From: a virus
Length of the DNA: 64,000 bases
Virus record (IMG/VR): IMGVR_UViG_3300033150_001569
Span: 32,001 to 96,000 of that record
Reading direction: 5' to 3' (one strand)
Translations under genes and position numbers: made by a program
Shown: piece by piece, positions 27,169-37,770 of the stretch
Layout of the letters: each line of letters starts with the position of its first letter
Numbering within the stretch: position 1 is the stretch's first letter
Notes under the pieces: generated by a model
Seen by the model: the letters and a program-made list of their open reading frames with translations, nothing else
Database searches by the model: none
What the model was told of the DNA's origin: nothing

Positions 27169-27672
27169 ATGGAAATTAATATTTATAAAAAATTAATAAA
27201 TTATATTAAATCAATTGGTATTGATATAGTTATTAATAGTTTTAAAAATGAATTTCCTTGGTATTATGATATTGTATTAAATGAAAAAACTGTAATATTT
27301 TATATGTTTTTTAGATCTCAACAAAATAAAAATGAAAAAATAATTTTAATATTAGAAACATTAGCTAAATATTTATTTTATTTAAAAAATAAAGAATATA
27401 AAAAATATATTAATACTTATAATTTTGTTGAAAATAATAAAATTAGTTTAGAATATGCAAAAATAATTTATGATTATAATATTGAAATAAATAAAATTAA
27501 ATATAATCTTTTAAATAAATTAAATATTAATTTAAAAGAAAAATATATTAAAGCAGATGAAGTAAGTAATAAATGGATTTATGAATATATTGTTAATAAT
27601 AATGGTAAATATATTCCATTTAAACAATATAAAGAATTTTTAATAAATTATCGAAAAAATTATGTTAAATAA
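27169..27672 (+). CDS. hypothetical protein
   Basis: 167-aa, very AT-rich ORF. Confidence 0.6.
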   Translation: MEINIYKKLINYIKSIGIDIVINSFKNEFPWYYDIVLNEKTVIFYMFFRSQQNKNEKIILILETLAKYLFYLKNKEYKKYINTYNFVENNKISLEYAKIIYDYNIEINKIKYNLLNKLNINLKEKYIKADEVSNKWIYEYIVNNNGKYIPFKQYKEFLINYRKNYVK

Positions 27673-27949
27673 TCAATATTATATTAAAAATTTATTAGAA
27701 CTATCAACTAAACAAGAATATCTTATGAATAATGGTGATATTGTTGTACCGATAAAAATTTGGAACAAAAGAATAAAACCATCAGATTATGATTTATTTT
27801 TTCTAGGTAGAAATCAAAATTGGAAAACAAAATATTATAGTATTCATGATATTATTTGTGAAATAGATCATCCATCTGTTTATATTTTAAGAGGTGGAGA
27901 AAAAATTTTTATAATAAATGATAATGGTGAAAAAGTGGATATAAAATAA
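27662..27949 (+). CDS. hypothetical protein
   Basis: 95-aa ORF coupled to its neighbours. Confidence 0.55.
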   Translation: MLNNQYYIKNLLELSTKQEYLMNNGDIVVPIKIWNKRIKPSDYDLFFLGRNQNWKTKYYSIHDIICEIDHPSVYILRGGEKIFIINDNGEKVDIK

Positions 27950-28176
27950 TGTCTGATTTTCCAAATTATAATAAAAAAACAATTAATAAAATAAGAAAAC
28001 AATTAAAATTATCTAAAATAAAAACTGGAATAATCAAATGTTTAAATTGTGGTAAAAAATTTAATTCATTTAACATTAAATTAAATAAAATATGTCCTAA
28101 ATGTTCACATAATACTGAAAGAAAAAATACTTATTATAATCCATATCCAATATATTCCGATAATATTAATGAATAA
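27949..28176 (+). CDS. small zinc-ribbon protein
   Basis: CLNCGK..CPKC. Confidence 0.6.
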   Translation: MSDFPNYNKKTINKIRKQLKLSKIKTGIIKCLNCGKKFNSFNIKLNKICPKCSHNTERKNTYYNPYPIYSDNINE

Positions 28177-28197
28177 AAAAATTTAAGGATAAACAAT

Positions 28198-29006
28198 TTG
28201 GCAGGTTATCGTTATAATATTTATGGTGGTAGAGGAGGAATGACTGTAAGTAGTAAATTTGGAGCAAGTAAAAAAGTAGGTAGAGGAGTATATTTTGGTA
28301 CTGGTGAAAGTTTATTCAAAGAAGGTAAATCTAAAATAGGTAGCAGAAATAGATTTGAATTAATGAAGTTTTTTCGTTTTAGAGATATGTTTAGAGCAAC
28401 AAAAATGCGAAGTGTTATAGGTATGGTTTTTACTAGAATACAAATGGAAATGTCTCGTATTTTAATAGCAAATTTAAAAGATTCGATAAGAAAAAATGGA
28501 TGGCATCCTCATCATTGGTTAACATCTGTAATAGCTAATCGTAGACATCCATTATTAAGAGATAAAAGAAATATGTATAAATCAATATCATTTAAACCAA
28601 TGCCAGTTGTTGCAGGTATTACTAGTTTTTGGGTTGGATTTCCAGCAGATAAAAAAGGATTTACTGGTAGTAGAAAGACATCATCTTTAAATATTGCTCA
28701 AATTGCTCAAATTCATGATCAAAGAGGAGCAAGTATGAGAGTAACAAAAAAATGCAAGGATTCTTTTTTAAAGTTTTATATGAAAATTCAAGAATGAGAA
28801 AGAAATTTCAAGGTGATAAATCTCCTTATTTAATGTATCAAGCAGTTAGAAAAATGTTTCCTGAAGGAATGGTATTAAAAATAAAACCAAGACCATTTTT
28901 TACAAGAGCAATAGAAAAAACATATCGTGAATATCCATTATTATTAGTGTTCCGAAAACAATTGGGAACACAATTAAATTCAATGTTTAATTTTATGCGT
29001 ATGTAA
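28198..29006 (+). CDS. neck/tail-completion (virion morphogenesis) protein, split by a -1 shift at A-AAA-AAA 28746-28752
   Basis: Basic protein with IAQIHD..RVTKK/MQGFF..KIKPRPFF, the usual morphogenesis-family pattern, once the two ORFs are joined; TTG start after AAGGA. Confidence 0.65.
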
Positions 29007-29014
29007 GGATTAAA

Positions 29015-30337
29015 ATGCCAAATATATTATATAATTTTTATAATAAAAATAGAAATTATTATGATTATGATGATGAAGAAATATATCTTGGAGAAGGAAT
29101 TTGTCGTTTAAGAGGAATTAATTTCAGAACAGGTAGAGGAGCAATTAATAATCAAGATTTAATATATCCTGTTTCTAGTATAATAACTTTTAATAATTAT
29201 TCTGCATATGGATTAAATGAATTTTTTAGTTTTGAATTTGAAATTGAATATGATAGAATTTATCAAAAATTATCAAATAGTTATGATCAAGAAACTGATA
29301 GTGATATAGGAAAAGTTGAATTTCAGGTTAGTAATGATGATGGAATTACTTGGTATAGACATAATGGTTCTAATTGGGTAGTTACTACTGAAATAGGTGA
29401 TTGGAATAGTCCTGAAAATTTACAAAAATATATAAATTCATTTGAGCTAAAATTAAATAGACAAATTAAATTAAGAATGAAGATAACATCTTCAGATAAT
29501 AGAAAACATACACCAATTATTAAGAAATTAGCATTTGATGTTGAATTTTCCTTTGATTTTGAAGAAGATATTCGTAGAAGTTTCAAGCACTTCTTAGAAC
29601 AAAATCTATTGGTAAATAGAAAATTTACCTTACAAGTAGAACAGACAGATAATTCTATCAAAATTTATAATCATCAAGATGTAACAACAGTAAATAGTTT
29701 TAGATGGGATTTTGAATTAAAAGAAGTTTTTAAAATATATGATCTTACAAATGATGAAGGAAGAACAATAAATCTTTTTGATTCATTTAGTACGGTTGAT
29801 GGAATTAGTACTATTAACTTAACTTCTTCGGTTAATGTGGGGAATATCTTAGAAGTTTATGTTGGTGGTATACCAAAAATATTTTTTACAGCAGATGCAG
29901 ATTATTATGTTACTGAAATACCTCATATTGAAATAGATATGAAGGTTGATGAAGATGACATGATAAGAAGTCATACTAAAGTAATAGAAAAAAATGAGCA
30001 ACTTGAATTAGCAAGAGTGAGAAATGATAAAATATTAAAAAAGATAATAACAAAAGTTATGTTTGTTTCAAATACTTTATTAGATGTTATGGCATTTAGT
30101 AATAGTTATGACAAATTAATTTGTTTTCCTTTAGTTGAAGATCTTAAATCAGAAGCAATTGGTAAAGATTATGATGTTGCTAATATTATAAAAGAAGAAC
30201 CTAGTGAAGATTTAGAAGATCAATTATATGCTGAAACATTTTCTCATGATTTAGTTGGAGTTGATTATAGAGGTGAATATAAAGAAGTTAAATTAGTAAA
30301 AGAATTTATTTTTGATGTTGATATTTTTCGTAAGTAA
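29015..30337 (+). CDS. probable tail terminator with extra N-terminal beta domain
   Basis: Position two genes before the sheath; FQVSNDDGITWY beta-sandwich motif; inferred mainly from synteny. Confidence 0.5.
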   Translation: MPNILYNFYNKNRNYYDYDDEEIYLGEGICRLRGINFRTGRGAINNQDLIYPVSSIITFNNYSAYGLNEFFSFEFEIEYDRIYQKLSNSYDQETDSDIGKVEFQVSNDDGITWYRHNGSNWVVTTEIGDWNSPENLQKYINSFELKLNRQIKLRMKITSSDNRKHTPIIKKLAFDVEFSFDFEEDIRRSFKHFLEQNLLVNRKFTLQVEQTDNSIKIYNHQDVTTVNSFRWDFELKEVFKIYDLTNDEGRTINLFDSFSTVDGISTINLTSSVNVGNILEVYVGGIPKIFFTADADYYVTEIPHIEIDMKVDEDDMIRSHTKVIEKNEQLELARVRNDKILKKIITKVMFVSNTLLDVMAFSNSYDKLICFPLVEDLKSEAIGKDYDVANIIKEEPSEDLEDQLYAETFSHDLVGVDYRGEYKEVKLVKEFIFDVDIFRK

Positions 30338-30388
30338 TTTCTTATTAAGTATTCTGTAAATTTAAATAAATTTTGTTTGGAGCAAATA

Positions 30389-30664
30389 ATGAAAAAATAT
30401 ATTCTTAAAAATTTAGATAATAAACCATGTACATTAAATGTTGCAAAGGTTGATAGAAAAATAGGTGAAGCAATTAATTTAAGTAAAAAAGGAGAATTAA
30501 GTAGAGAAATTTCTGAATTAGAATTTAAATCTAAAGAAATACAAAAAGCATTAAATAAAAAGAAAATAGCAATTTATAAAACTATCGAACCAAAGAAGCA
30601 GGAGTTAAAAATAGAAGAAAATAAAGAAAGTCCTAAACAACCACAACCACAAAAGGGGAAATAA
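30389..30664 (+). CDS. small hypothetical protein preceding the sheath
   Basis: GGAG SD before ATG 30389. Confidence 0.6.
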   Translation: MKKYILKNLDNKPCTLNVAKVDRKIGEAINLSKKGELSREISELEFKSKEIQKALNKKKIAIYKTIEPKKQELKIEENKESPKQPQPQKGK

Positions 30665-32614
30665 ATGGAAACTTTACATCCTGGTATATATATATTCGAT
30701 AAAAAAGCAGAACCAACAATTGAAGGTGTTGGTGTTTCAGCCTGTGGTATTGTAGGTGCTTTTCAAAAAGGACCAACGGATAAACCTGGATTTGTTACTA
30801 GTTGGGAAGCATTTAAAAGAGGTTATGGTAGTTATTATAAAAATCTTCATGCTCCTATTGCAGTAAAAGCATATTTTGATCAAGGTGGTACTAAACTTTA
30901 TGTAGGAAGAGTTGCTGGAACTGGTGCTGCACAAGCTGATGTTTCTTTAAAAGATAGTGGTCAAGTAGCTAATACTTTAAAAATTGCTGCAAGAAATCAA
31001 GGTGCATGGGGTAATTTTATTGAAATAAATACTATTAAGGCTGAAAGTACAACTACTGCTGCATTAAATACTGCTGCTGTAGTTGAAATTCCTGTAACTA
31101 GTGCTTTAAATTTTGAAAAAGGTGATGTTTGTTATATTACTGATGGAACAAATAGTTCTACTTTTGTAGTTTATGAAGTAGATTATGCAAATAATAAATT
31201 AAAAATTAAATCACAAGATTTTTCAAGTAATGTTATTGCTTCTGGTGCAGTAGTTAAAACTTCAAGTAGACATAGAGTTGTTGGAACAATTGCTGAAGCT
31301 CTTGAAAATGGTGATACTAATTTAAGTTTATCTAAAACAGATGGTCTTTATGTTGGTAGTTTAATAACAATAATTACTTCTACAGATTTAGTTACATTAG
31401 AAATTACATCTATTAATGGAAATTCAATTGGATTTGCTGCTTATAGTGGATCTACTATTGCTAGTGGAAGTGATTTTGTTAGTCAAGAATTTAATATAGA
31501 TGTTTATGATGGTGAAGTAATAGTTGAAACTCATGAATTTTTATCAATGATTGATAATAATGAAAATGATTATGTAGAAAAGAAATTATATGGTGATAGT
31601 AATACAAGTAATTATATTGAATGTACTGATTTAGATACTACTAATACTAATAAAGAACAACATATTCCAATTTTTAAAGTAACTAAAACAGGTAAATTAC
31701 AACCTTTATCTGGTGGACTTGATGGTTCTACTCCTGGTGATACTGATTATAAAGGTACTCAAGCACCTGATACTGGAATTCATTTATTTGATAGAATTGA
31801 TGATATTACTACAGTTTGTATTCCAGGTATTACAAGTGTTGGAGTAATTCAATATGGTATTACATGGGCAAGAAATCATAAATATTGTATGTTTCTTGCT
31901 GAAGTTCCTGAAGCTTATGAATATCCTACAGAAGCAAGAGAATTTAGATTGAATGAGCTTAATGTTGATGATAGATTTGGTGCTTTATATTATCCTTGGT
32001 TAAAAATTGATCATCCTACAATTGATAAACAAATTGTAACTCAACCACCCACAGGACATGTTTTAGGTGTTCATGCTAATGTTGCTGCAACTAGAGGAGT
32101 ATTTAAAGCTCCTGCTAATGAATCATTATATAATATTCGTGATTTAACTTATAAAGTAACTGATCCTGAACAAGATATTCTTAATCCAATTGGTGTTAAT
32201 GCTATTCGAGTTTTTAAAGGTCTTGGTGTAAGAGTTTATGGTGCTAGAACGTTGCAAAATATTAAAGATGGTTATCATTATATTAACGTAGTTAAATATG
32301 TAAATTATGTACAACAATCAATAGTAGAAGATACAAGAGATTTACCTTTTGAACCTAATAATGAAGATCTTTGGGAAAGTATTGAAAATAGAGTTTATAA
32401 GTTTCTTTTAACCGAATGGAAAAATGGAGCATTATATCCTAGAAGTGATGCTAAAAAAGCTTTCTTTGTAAAATGTAATACAGAAACTAATATTCAAGCA
32501 ACTATAGATCAAGGAAAAGCAATAGGAGAAATTGGAATTAATCCTGTAAAACCTGCTGAATTTATCATCTTTAATTTTGCATTGTGGGATGGTGGAGCAG
32601 AATTTACTTCATAA
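30665..32614 (+). CDS. tail sheath protein
   Basis: HPGIYI, GPTDKP, YFDQGG, GAWGN, LYYPW, RGVFKAPAN, LNPIGVNAIR, FEPN, PVKPAEFI. Confidence 0.97.
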   Translation: METLHPGIYIFDKKAEPTIEGVGVSACGIVGAFQKGPTDKPGFVTSWEAFKRGYGSYYKNLHAPIAVKAYFDQGGTKLYVGRVAGTGAAQADVSLKDSGQVANTLKIAARNQGAWGNFIEINTIKAESTTTAALNTAAVVEIPVTSALNFEKGDVCYITDGTNSSTFVVYEVDYANNKLKIKSQDFSSNVIASGAVVKTSSRHRVVGTIAEALENGDTNLSLSKTDGLYVGSLITIITSTDLVTLEITSINGNSIGFAAYSGSTIASGSDFVSQEFNIDVYDGEVIVETHEFLSMIDNNENDYVEKKLYGDSNTSNYIECTDLDTTNTNKEQHIPIFKVTKTGKLQPLSGGLDGSTPGDTDYKGTQAPDTGIHLFDRIDDITTVCIPGITSVGVIQYGITWARNHKYCMFLAEVPEAYEYPTEAREFRLNELNVDDRFGALYYPWLKIDHPTIDKQIVTQPPTGHVLGVHANVAATRGVFKAPANESLYNIRDLTYKVTDPEQDILNPIGVNAIRVFKGLGVRVYGARTLQNIKDGYHYINVVKYVNYVQQSIVEDTRDLPFEPNNEDLWESIENRVYKFLLTEWKNGALYPRSDAKKAFFVKCNTETNIQATIDQGKAIGEIGINPVKPAEFIIFNFALWDGGAEFTS

Positions 32615-32634
32615 ATAAATAAAGGAGAATAAAA

Positions 32635-33141
32635 ATGCCTGAAGCTATAATTTCAACTGGTACTGTAAGGGGCGAAAGACCCAATCCTCTTCGTGGTTTT
32701 AAGTTTCGAGTTAAAGATTTAGAAGGTAATTATTTAGGTGGATATAACAGGATTTCAGGATTAAAAGATAATACTGATGTTTCTGAATATAGAGAAGGGG
32801 ATCAAATAGGTAATTATACTGAAAAAATGGCAGGAATAAGTAATCATGATGATGTAGTACTTGAACGAGGATTTTCTATTCAAGGTTTTATGCGTGAATG
32901 GCGTGATAAAGTAATGAAATGGGATGATTTAAGTGTTGGACTAGCTGACGATGTTGATGGTTATTATATGGATTTACAAATTGAAGTATTGAATAGAAAA
33001 GGTGAAATTGTTCGTAAAATTAATTTATATCGTGCTTTTCCAATTTCCTATGAAATAGATGATCTTGATGCTCGTTCAAGTGATGTAATTATGGAAAGAG
33101 TAACTTTAGCATGTGAAGGTACTGAAGTAATAACTATTTAA
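32635..33141 (+). CDS. tail tube protein (T4 gp19/Afp1-like)
   Basis: NPLRGFKFRV, ISGL, EYREG, LERG, AFP..LDARSSDVIME. Confidence 0.93.
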   Translation: MPEAIISTGTVRGERPNPLRGFKFRVKDLEGNYLGGYNRISGLKDNTDVSEYREGDQIGNYTEKMAGISNHDDVVLERGFSIQGFMREWRDKVMKWDDLSVGLADDVDGYYMDLQIEVLNRKGEIVRKINLYRAFPISYEIDDLDARSSDVIMERVTLACEGTEVITI

Positions 33142-33162
33142 CAAATTTTAATTTAACTATTT

Positions 33163-33204
33163 TAAAGGGGAATATGGAATTAATATATCCATATTCCCTT
33201 TTTT
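33163..33204 (+). terminator. intrinsic terminator after the tube gene
   Basis: AAAGGGGAATATGGA-loop-TCCATATTCCCTTTTTT. Confidence 0.85.
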
Positions 33205-33217
33205 GTTGTTGAGGATT

Positions 33218-33913
33218 ATGCCAAATTTAAATAAAGTTGAAGAATATTTTAAAAAAGAAAATAACAAAAATATAAATAAAAGAGAAGATTCAGTTAGATC
33301 ACATAGACCAAATCCATTAAGAGGATTTAATTTTATAGTACATTTTTATAATAATAAATTAGAAAAATCAGGAATAATTGGATTTTCTAAAATTTCTGGT
33401 TTAAAAATAACTAATAATATTTTTGAAATAAAACATACAGATAATAATGGTGGAACTATTACTTCAAAATTTCCTGGAAATATAACATATCCATCAGTAA
33501 CATTTGAAAAAGGTGTTTTACCATATACTCAATTAACAAGTGGTAGAGGATCTTATAATAGAAATGATTTTTATTTTTATGATAAATTAAGAGAATTACA
33601 AATATTACCATCAACAAAATTTTTTCATAAATTTAATATTTTAATATTACTTTATGATTATAAAGGACAAAGAATAACAGAAGATTCTCCTGCTAGTGCT
33701 CAAAAAAGATGGGCATTAAGAAATGCTCAAATTCAAGATATAGAATTTGGAACTTTAGACGCTAGTAGTAATGATGTTTTAATTGATAAATTTGTTATTG
33801 TTCATGAGGGTATTAAATATGATTATGGAGATTACATATCTGAACCTGATTTAAATAATTCTAATATTTTAAGTGAAATATTTGATATTCCTTTAAGAAA
33901 ACAACAGTTATAA
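33218..33913 (+). CDS. second tail tube paralogue (Afp5-like)
   Basis: RPNPLRGFNF, GFSKISGL, FPG..Y..VTFEKG, LDASSNDVLID; ATG after GAGG. Confidence 0.85.
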   Translation: MPNLNKVEEYFKKENNKNINKREDSVRSHRPNPLRGFNFIVHFYNNKLEKSGIIGFSKISGLKITNNIFEIKHTDNNGGTITSKFPGNITYPSVTFEKGVLPYTQLTSGRGSYNRNDFYFYDKLRELQILPSTKFFHKFNILILLYDYKGQRITEDSPASAQKRWALRNAQIQDIEFGTLDASSNDVLIDKFVIVHEGIKYDYGDYISEPDLNNSNILSEIFDIPLRKQQL

Positions 33914-33982
33914 TTTTAAATATATTTTTAACAATATTATTTTTTAAATTAGTTAAAAATAGAATATTGTTAAGGAGGAAAA

Positions 33983-34861
33983 ATGGAACAAGAAAAAAAT
34001 AAAAAACAAGAATTAACTTTAGATCAAACTGAAACTAAACCTGAAATTCCCACCATAAGAAAACCACTTACATTTGAATTTGATTTACCTTGTGGAGTTA
34101 TTAACTCTAATGGAGAAGTTTGTAAAAAAATTGAAATAAAACCAATGACAGGTAGAGTTAGAAAACAAATAGGTGATGTTAGATATAGAAATAATTTAGT
34201 AAAAATTTCACAAATGCTATTAAGAGAAACTATATTTAAAATAGAAGGTATTGAAAAAATAACTGATAAATTAATATTAAATATGTTATCTGCTGATAGA
34301 GATTTTATATTACTTAAATTAAAAGAAATTTCAATGCCAAAAAATGAAGAAACTATTTTATTTAGAACTAATTGCACAAATACTATGTGTAATGTAGAAA
34401 TGGAAACAGAATTTAATGTTAAATATGATTTTTCAATTAGAACAATACCAGATGAATTAAATAATAATAAAAATATAATTAATATAAATGGTAATTTTCA
34501 TAGAATATTTGAAGACGAAGATGATGAATTTGGTAAAATTATTATGAGATTACAAACTATGGCAGATCAAGAAGCTGTTGTTAATAAAGTTAATGATAAT
34601 CCATTAGAAGCAGAACATATTTTATTATCTAGATTAATTGTTGAATATAATGGTAATAAAAATTTTAGTCCTAATGATTTTGATGATTTAAGTATGCCTG
34701 AAATAAATTGGATTGAAGAATTAGCAACAAGACATAATTATGGTCCTAATATGACAAAAGAAATTATTTGTCATAATTGTAATACTAAAAATGTTACTAC
34801 AATAGATTTGTTAACTTTTTTATTCCAATCTGGCAGAGGCAAACAGACAATCCAGAATTAG
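33983..34861 (+). CDS. tail assembly chaperone (T4 gp26/gp51-like with CxxC)
   Basis: FDLPCG, MLSADRDFILL, C-x4-C and CHNC; directly upstream of the tape measure gene. Confidence 0.75.
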   Translation: MEQEKNKKQELTLDQTETKPEIPTIRKPLTFEFDLPCGVINSNGEVCKKIEIKPMTGRVRKQIGDVRYRNNLVKISQMLLRETIFKIEGIEKITDKLILNMLSADRDFILLKLKEISMPKNEETILFRTNCTNTMCNVEMETEFNVKYDFSIRTIPDELNNNKNIININGNFHRIFEDEDDEFGKIIMRLQTMADQEAVVNKVNDNPLEAEHILLSRLIVEYNGNKNFSPNDFDDLSMPEINWIEELATRHNYGPNMTKEIICHNCNTKNVTTIDLLTFLFQSGRGKQTIQN

Positions 34862-35052
34862 AACAAAAACAATTAGAACTGATTGAAAAAGATTTAGATT
34901 TATTAGATCAAGAAATATTTCATCTAGCTAAGGGATTACGTTGGAATTATCAAGATATTTTAGATATGCCAGAAGCAGATAGAAAAAAATTTGTTAGATT
35001 AGAAAGTGAATATAATGAAAGAATTCGAGATAAAATTGACGATATAAATTAA
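33983..35052 (+). CDS. extended chaperone (G-T type) made by -1 frameshift at T-TTT-TTA 34816-34822
   Basis: The -1 frame has no ATG near its start and is open to TAA 35050-35052: FIPIWQRQ..LDQEIFHLAKGLRWNYQDILDMPEADRKKF. Confidence 0.8.
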
Positions 35053-35062
35053 GGAGAAAAAT

Positions 35063-37759
35063 TTGGCTGCTCCAACTGCTTTCTTATCATCAATGGGTTT
35101 TGGTTTTGTAGTTAGAATGGTAGATGAAGCAAGTGGTAATCTTAATACCATAACTAAAGAATTAAATAAAACAAGTGCTGCTACTCAAGGTATGTTAGGT
35201 GGTATTGCTGCATTACAAACTCAATTAAAAGTAGGTATAGGTGCAATGATTGGTGGTTTAGCACTTAGTGGACCATTAATTGCTGCTGCAAATGCATCAG
35301 GTAGATTTGAATTTGTTTTAAAAACTGTACAAGCAATTACTCAATCAACAACAGCACAACTTGATCAATTAAGAATTAAAGCATTAGAAATAGCAATGAT
35401 AACTATGTATACTCCTCAACAAATAGTTGAAGGTATGAGAAATTTGTCTACAATGGGATTTACAGTTGTTCAGATAATGGACATGATAAAAGATGTATCA
35501 TATTTGGCTCAAGCATCATTTGGTCAATTAAATGTTGCATTAGCTGGCGAAGTTGTTGGTGGTGCATTAAGATCATTTGGATTAGGTGCAAACCAAGCAT
35601 CAAAGATTGTTGATATTTTAACTAGAGCTACACAATTAACAAATTTACAGGCTAGAGATTTTCAATATGTAATGGGTTTAGCAGGTCCAGCAGCACGTAT
35701 TGCAGGACAAGATGTTGTTGAATTGATTACTGTTATGGGTATGTTAAGAAATACTAATTTACAAGCATCTATGTCTGCTACTGCTTTTGCAAATTCAATT
35801 CGTGCAATTACTACAGCAACAGGTCAAGCAAAAATTAGAGAATTAGGAGTAGAATTAGGAGAATTAAATAAAAAAACAGGTGTAGTAGAATTTAGAAAAC
35901 TTGGTGATATTGTTATTGATGTTGCAGAAAAAATTGTTAAATATAAACATGAAGTAAAAGCAGCACAAATAGCAAATGAAATATTTGGTGAAAGAGGTAA
36001 AAGAGCTGCTGCTGCTATTATGAATCAAACAATAACATTAAATACGGCAATGACTGATTGGAAAGATGTAGTATTTAAAGGTGGTGGTGCAATAAAAGCA
36101 TTAAGAAATGAATTATATAATGCTACAGGTACTGCTGAAGGATTTAATGAAACTTTATTACCGACATTCCATAGAATAAAAGAATTAATTGGTGGTGCTC
36201 ATAGTGCCATAGTTGCATTAATTGGTGATCCTGTACAAAAATTATTAGCATCAATTTTATATATATATTTTAAATTTCTTGGATTAATTAATGAAATGCT
36301 ATTAATTTTAGGTCCAGTTAAAGATTTATTAATTAATATAACATTTTTAACAGGTGCTTTTTTAACATTAGGCGGTGCAATTGCTGCTTGTGCTGCTGCA
36401 TTAAAATTATTTAATAGATGGTTAATTGCTAGTATTGGAACTGAAGCTGCTAGAAAAGCTACTGTATTTGCTAATTTATGGTCTTGGATTGCTGGAAATG
36501 TAAAAATTGCAGCAGATGCAATGAGAAAAATGAGTACAATGGGTGCAATTATGAATTTAGTTGGATTAGGAGCACCAATAAGATCAGAAGGAGCTGCTAC
36601 TGCGATAATGGGAGCAAATTTAGCAGCACAATATAAAATGCAAGAAAAAATGTCTCAAACATTTTTTGGAAGATTACAACTTTTTGGAGGAAAAGTTGGT
36701 AATTTTTTTAAAGTAAAATTTATTAGTATATTTAATATATTTAAAAATTTAGGAACTATTTTATTATCTCCTTTTAAATTAATTTCAAGTGCAATTGGAG
36801 GAATATTTAAATTTACTGGTTTATTATTACCAATACTTGGAAAATTATTAATAGTTGGTCTTGTTATACAAGGAATTTTTACTTCAATAAATTTTTTAGT
36901 TAGAACATTAACAGGTGTAACATTAGTCGATTTAGTAAAAAGATTTAAAGAAATAATTAGTGTTACATTAGCTTTTAAGGATTTATTAAGTGGAAAAACT
37001 CTTGCAGAAAGTTTTAAAGTAATATTACCAAAAGAACTTGTAAAAAGATTTCAAGATTTAGGATTTACTAAAGTTCATATTGAAGCAATTGGTAGAGCAT
37101 TATTAATATGGAATACTGTAATGGATAGATTAAGTACTAAATTTGAATTTTTTAAAACTTTAAAAACAATTTTAGCAGGTGGAGAAAGTAATGCTGAAGC
37201 TATGGCAAAAGCTACTGAAAAAATGGTTAATGGAATAGTAAATGCAATTACTAGTTTAGCAAAAATGATTGGATGGATTGCTTCAGTATTTGAAGGATGG
37301 AGAAAAGGAGGAATACTTCAATTAAGTCCTGGAAAAGTTGGTGCAAAATCACTTGGAATTTATGATTTTGTTTATGAAGAACAAGAAGCATTTAAAAAAC
37401 ATGTAACAAAAATGGTATCAAAATCTCCTATGGGTGATGTATTTAGTATGAGTGGAATGGGATATACAGAAGCAACTATGCTTAGTGATTTAAGTAAATC
37501 ATTAAAAGGAAGAGAAGAGATAGAAATTAATTCTGAAGGAATTAATCAAACAAATAAAAGATTAGATAATGTTATTAAATCTGTTCGAGATTTAGAAAAA
37601 ACACTTAAAGAAAAAGAAACTAATTTTAATGTTTCAAGTTCAATTGATTCTGAAGGAATTACTAAAACAGTAATTGAAAAAAGTAGTGATGAAATTAAAA
37701 GAACAGGTAGTCCTAGTCCTGGTTTTATGACTACAATAAATACAACAACTGGTTATTAA
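35063..37759 (+). CDS. tail tape measure protein (TP901-family core), TTG start
   Basis: Ala/Gly-rich helical sequence, TMYTPQQ, IFGERG, hydrophobic segments; AAGGAG SD. Confidence 0.92.
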   Translation: MAAPTAFLSSMGFGFVVRMVDEASGNLNTITKELNKTSAATQGMLGGIAALQTQLKVGIGAMIGGLALSGPLIAAANASGRFEFVLKTVQAITQSTTAQLDQLRIKALEIAMITMYTPQQIVEGMRNLSTMGFTVVQIMDMIKDVSYLAQASFGQLNVALAGEVVGGALRSFGLGANQASKIVDILTRATQLTNLQARDFQYVMGLAGPAARIAGQDVVELITVMGMLRNTNLQASMSATAFANSIRAITTATGQAKIRELGVELGELNKKTGVVEFRKLGDIVIDVAEKIVKYKHEVKAAQIANEIFGERGKRAAAAIMNQTITLNTAMTDWKDVVFKGGGAIKALRNELYNATGTAEGFNETLLPTFHRIKELIGGAHSAIVALIGDPVQKLLASILYIYFKFLGLINEMLLILGPVKDLLINITFLTGAFLTLGGAIAACAAALKLFNRWLIASIGTEAARKATVFANLWSWIAGNVKIAADAMRKMSTMGAIMNLVGLGAPIRSEGAATAIMGANLAAQYKMQEKMSQTFFGRLQLFGGKVGNFFKVKFISIFNIFKNLGTILLSPFKLISSAIGGIFKFTGLLLPILGKLLIVGLVIQGIFTSINFLVRTLTGVTLVDLVKRFKEIISVTLAFKDLLSGKTLAESFKVILPKELVKRFQDLGFTKVHIEAIGRALLIWNTVMDRLSTKFEFFKTLKTILAGGESNAEAMAKATEKMVNGIVNAITSLAKMIGWIASVFEGWRKGGILQLSPGKVGAKSLGIYDFVYEEQEAFKKHVTKMVSKSPMGDVFSMSGMGYTEATMLSDLSKSLKGREEIEINSEGINQTNKRLDNVIKSVRDLEKTLKEKETNFNVSSSIDSEGITKTVIEKSSDEIKRTGSPSPGFMTTINTTTGY

Positions 37760-37770
37760 GGATTTAAAAA

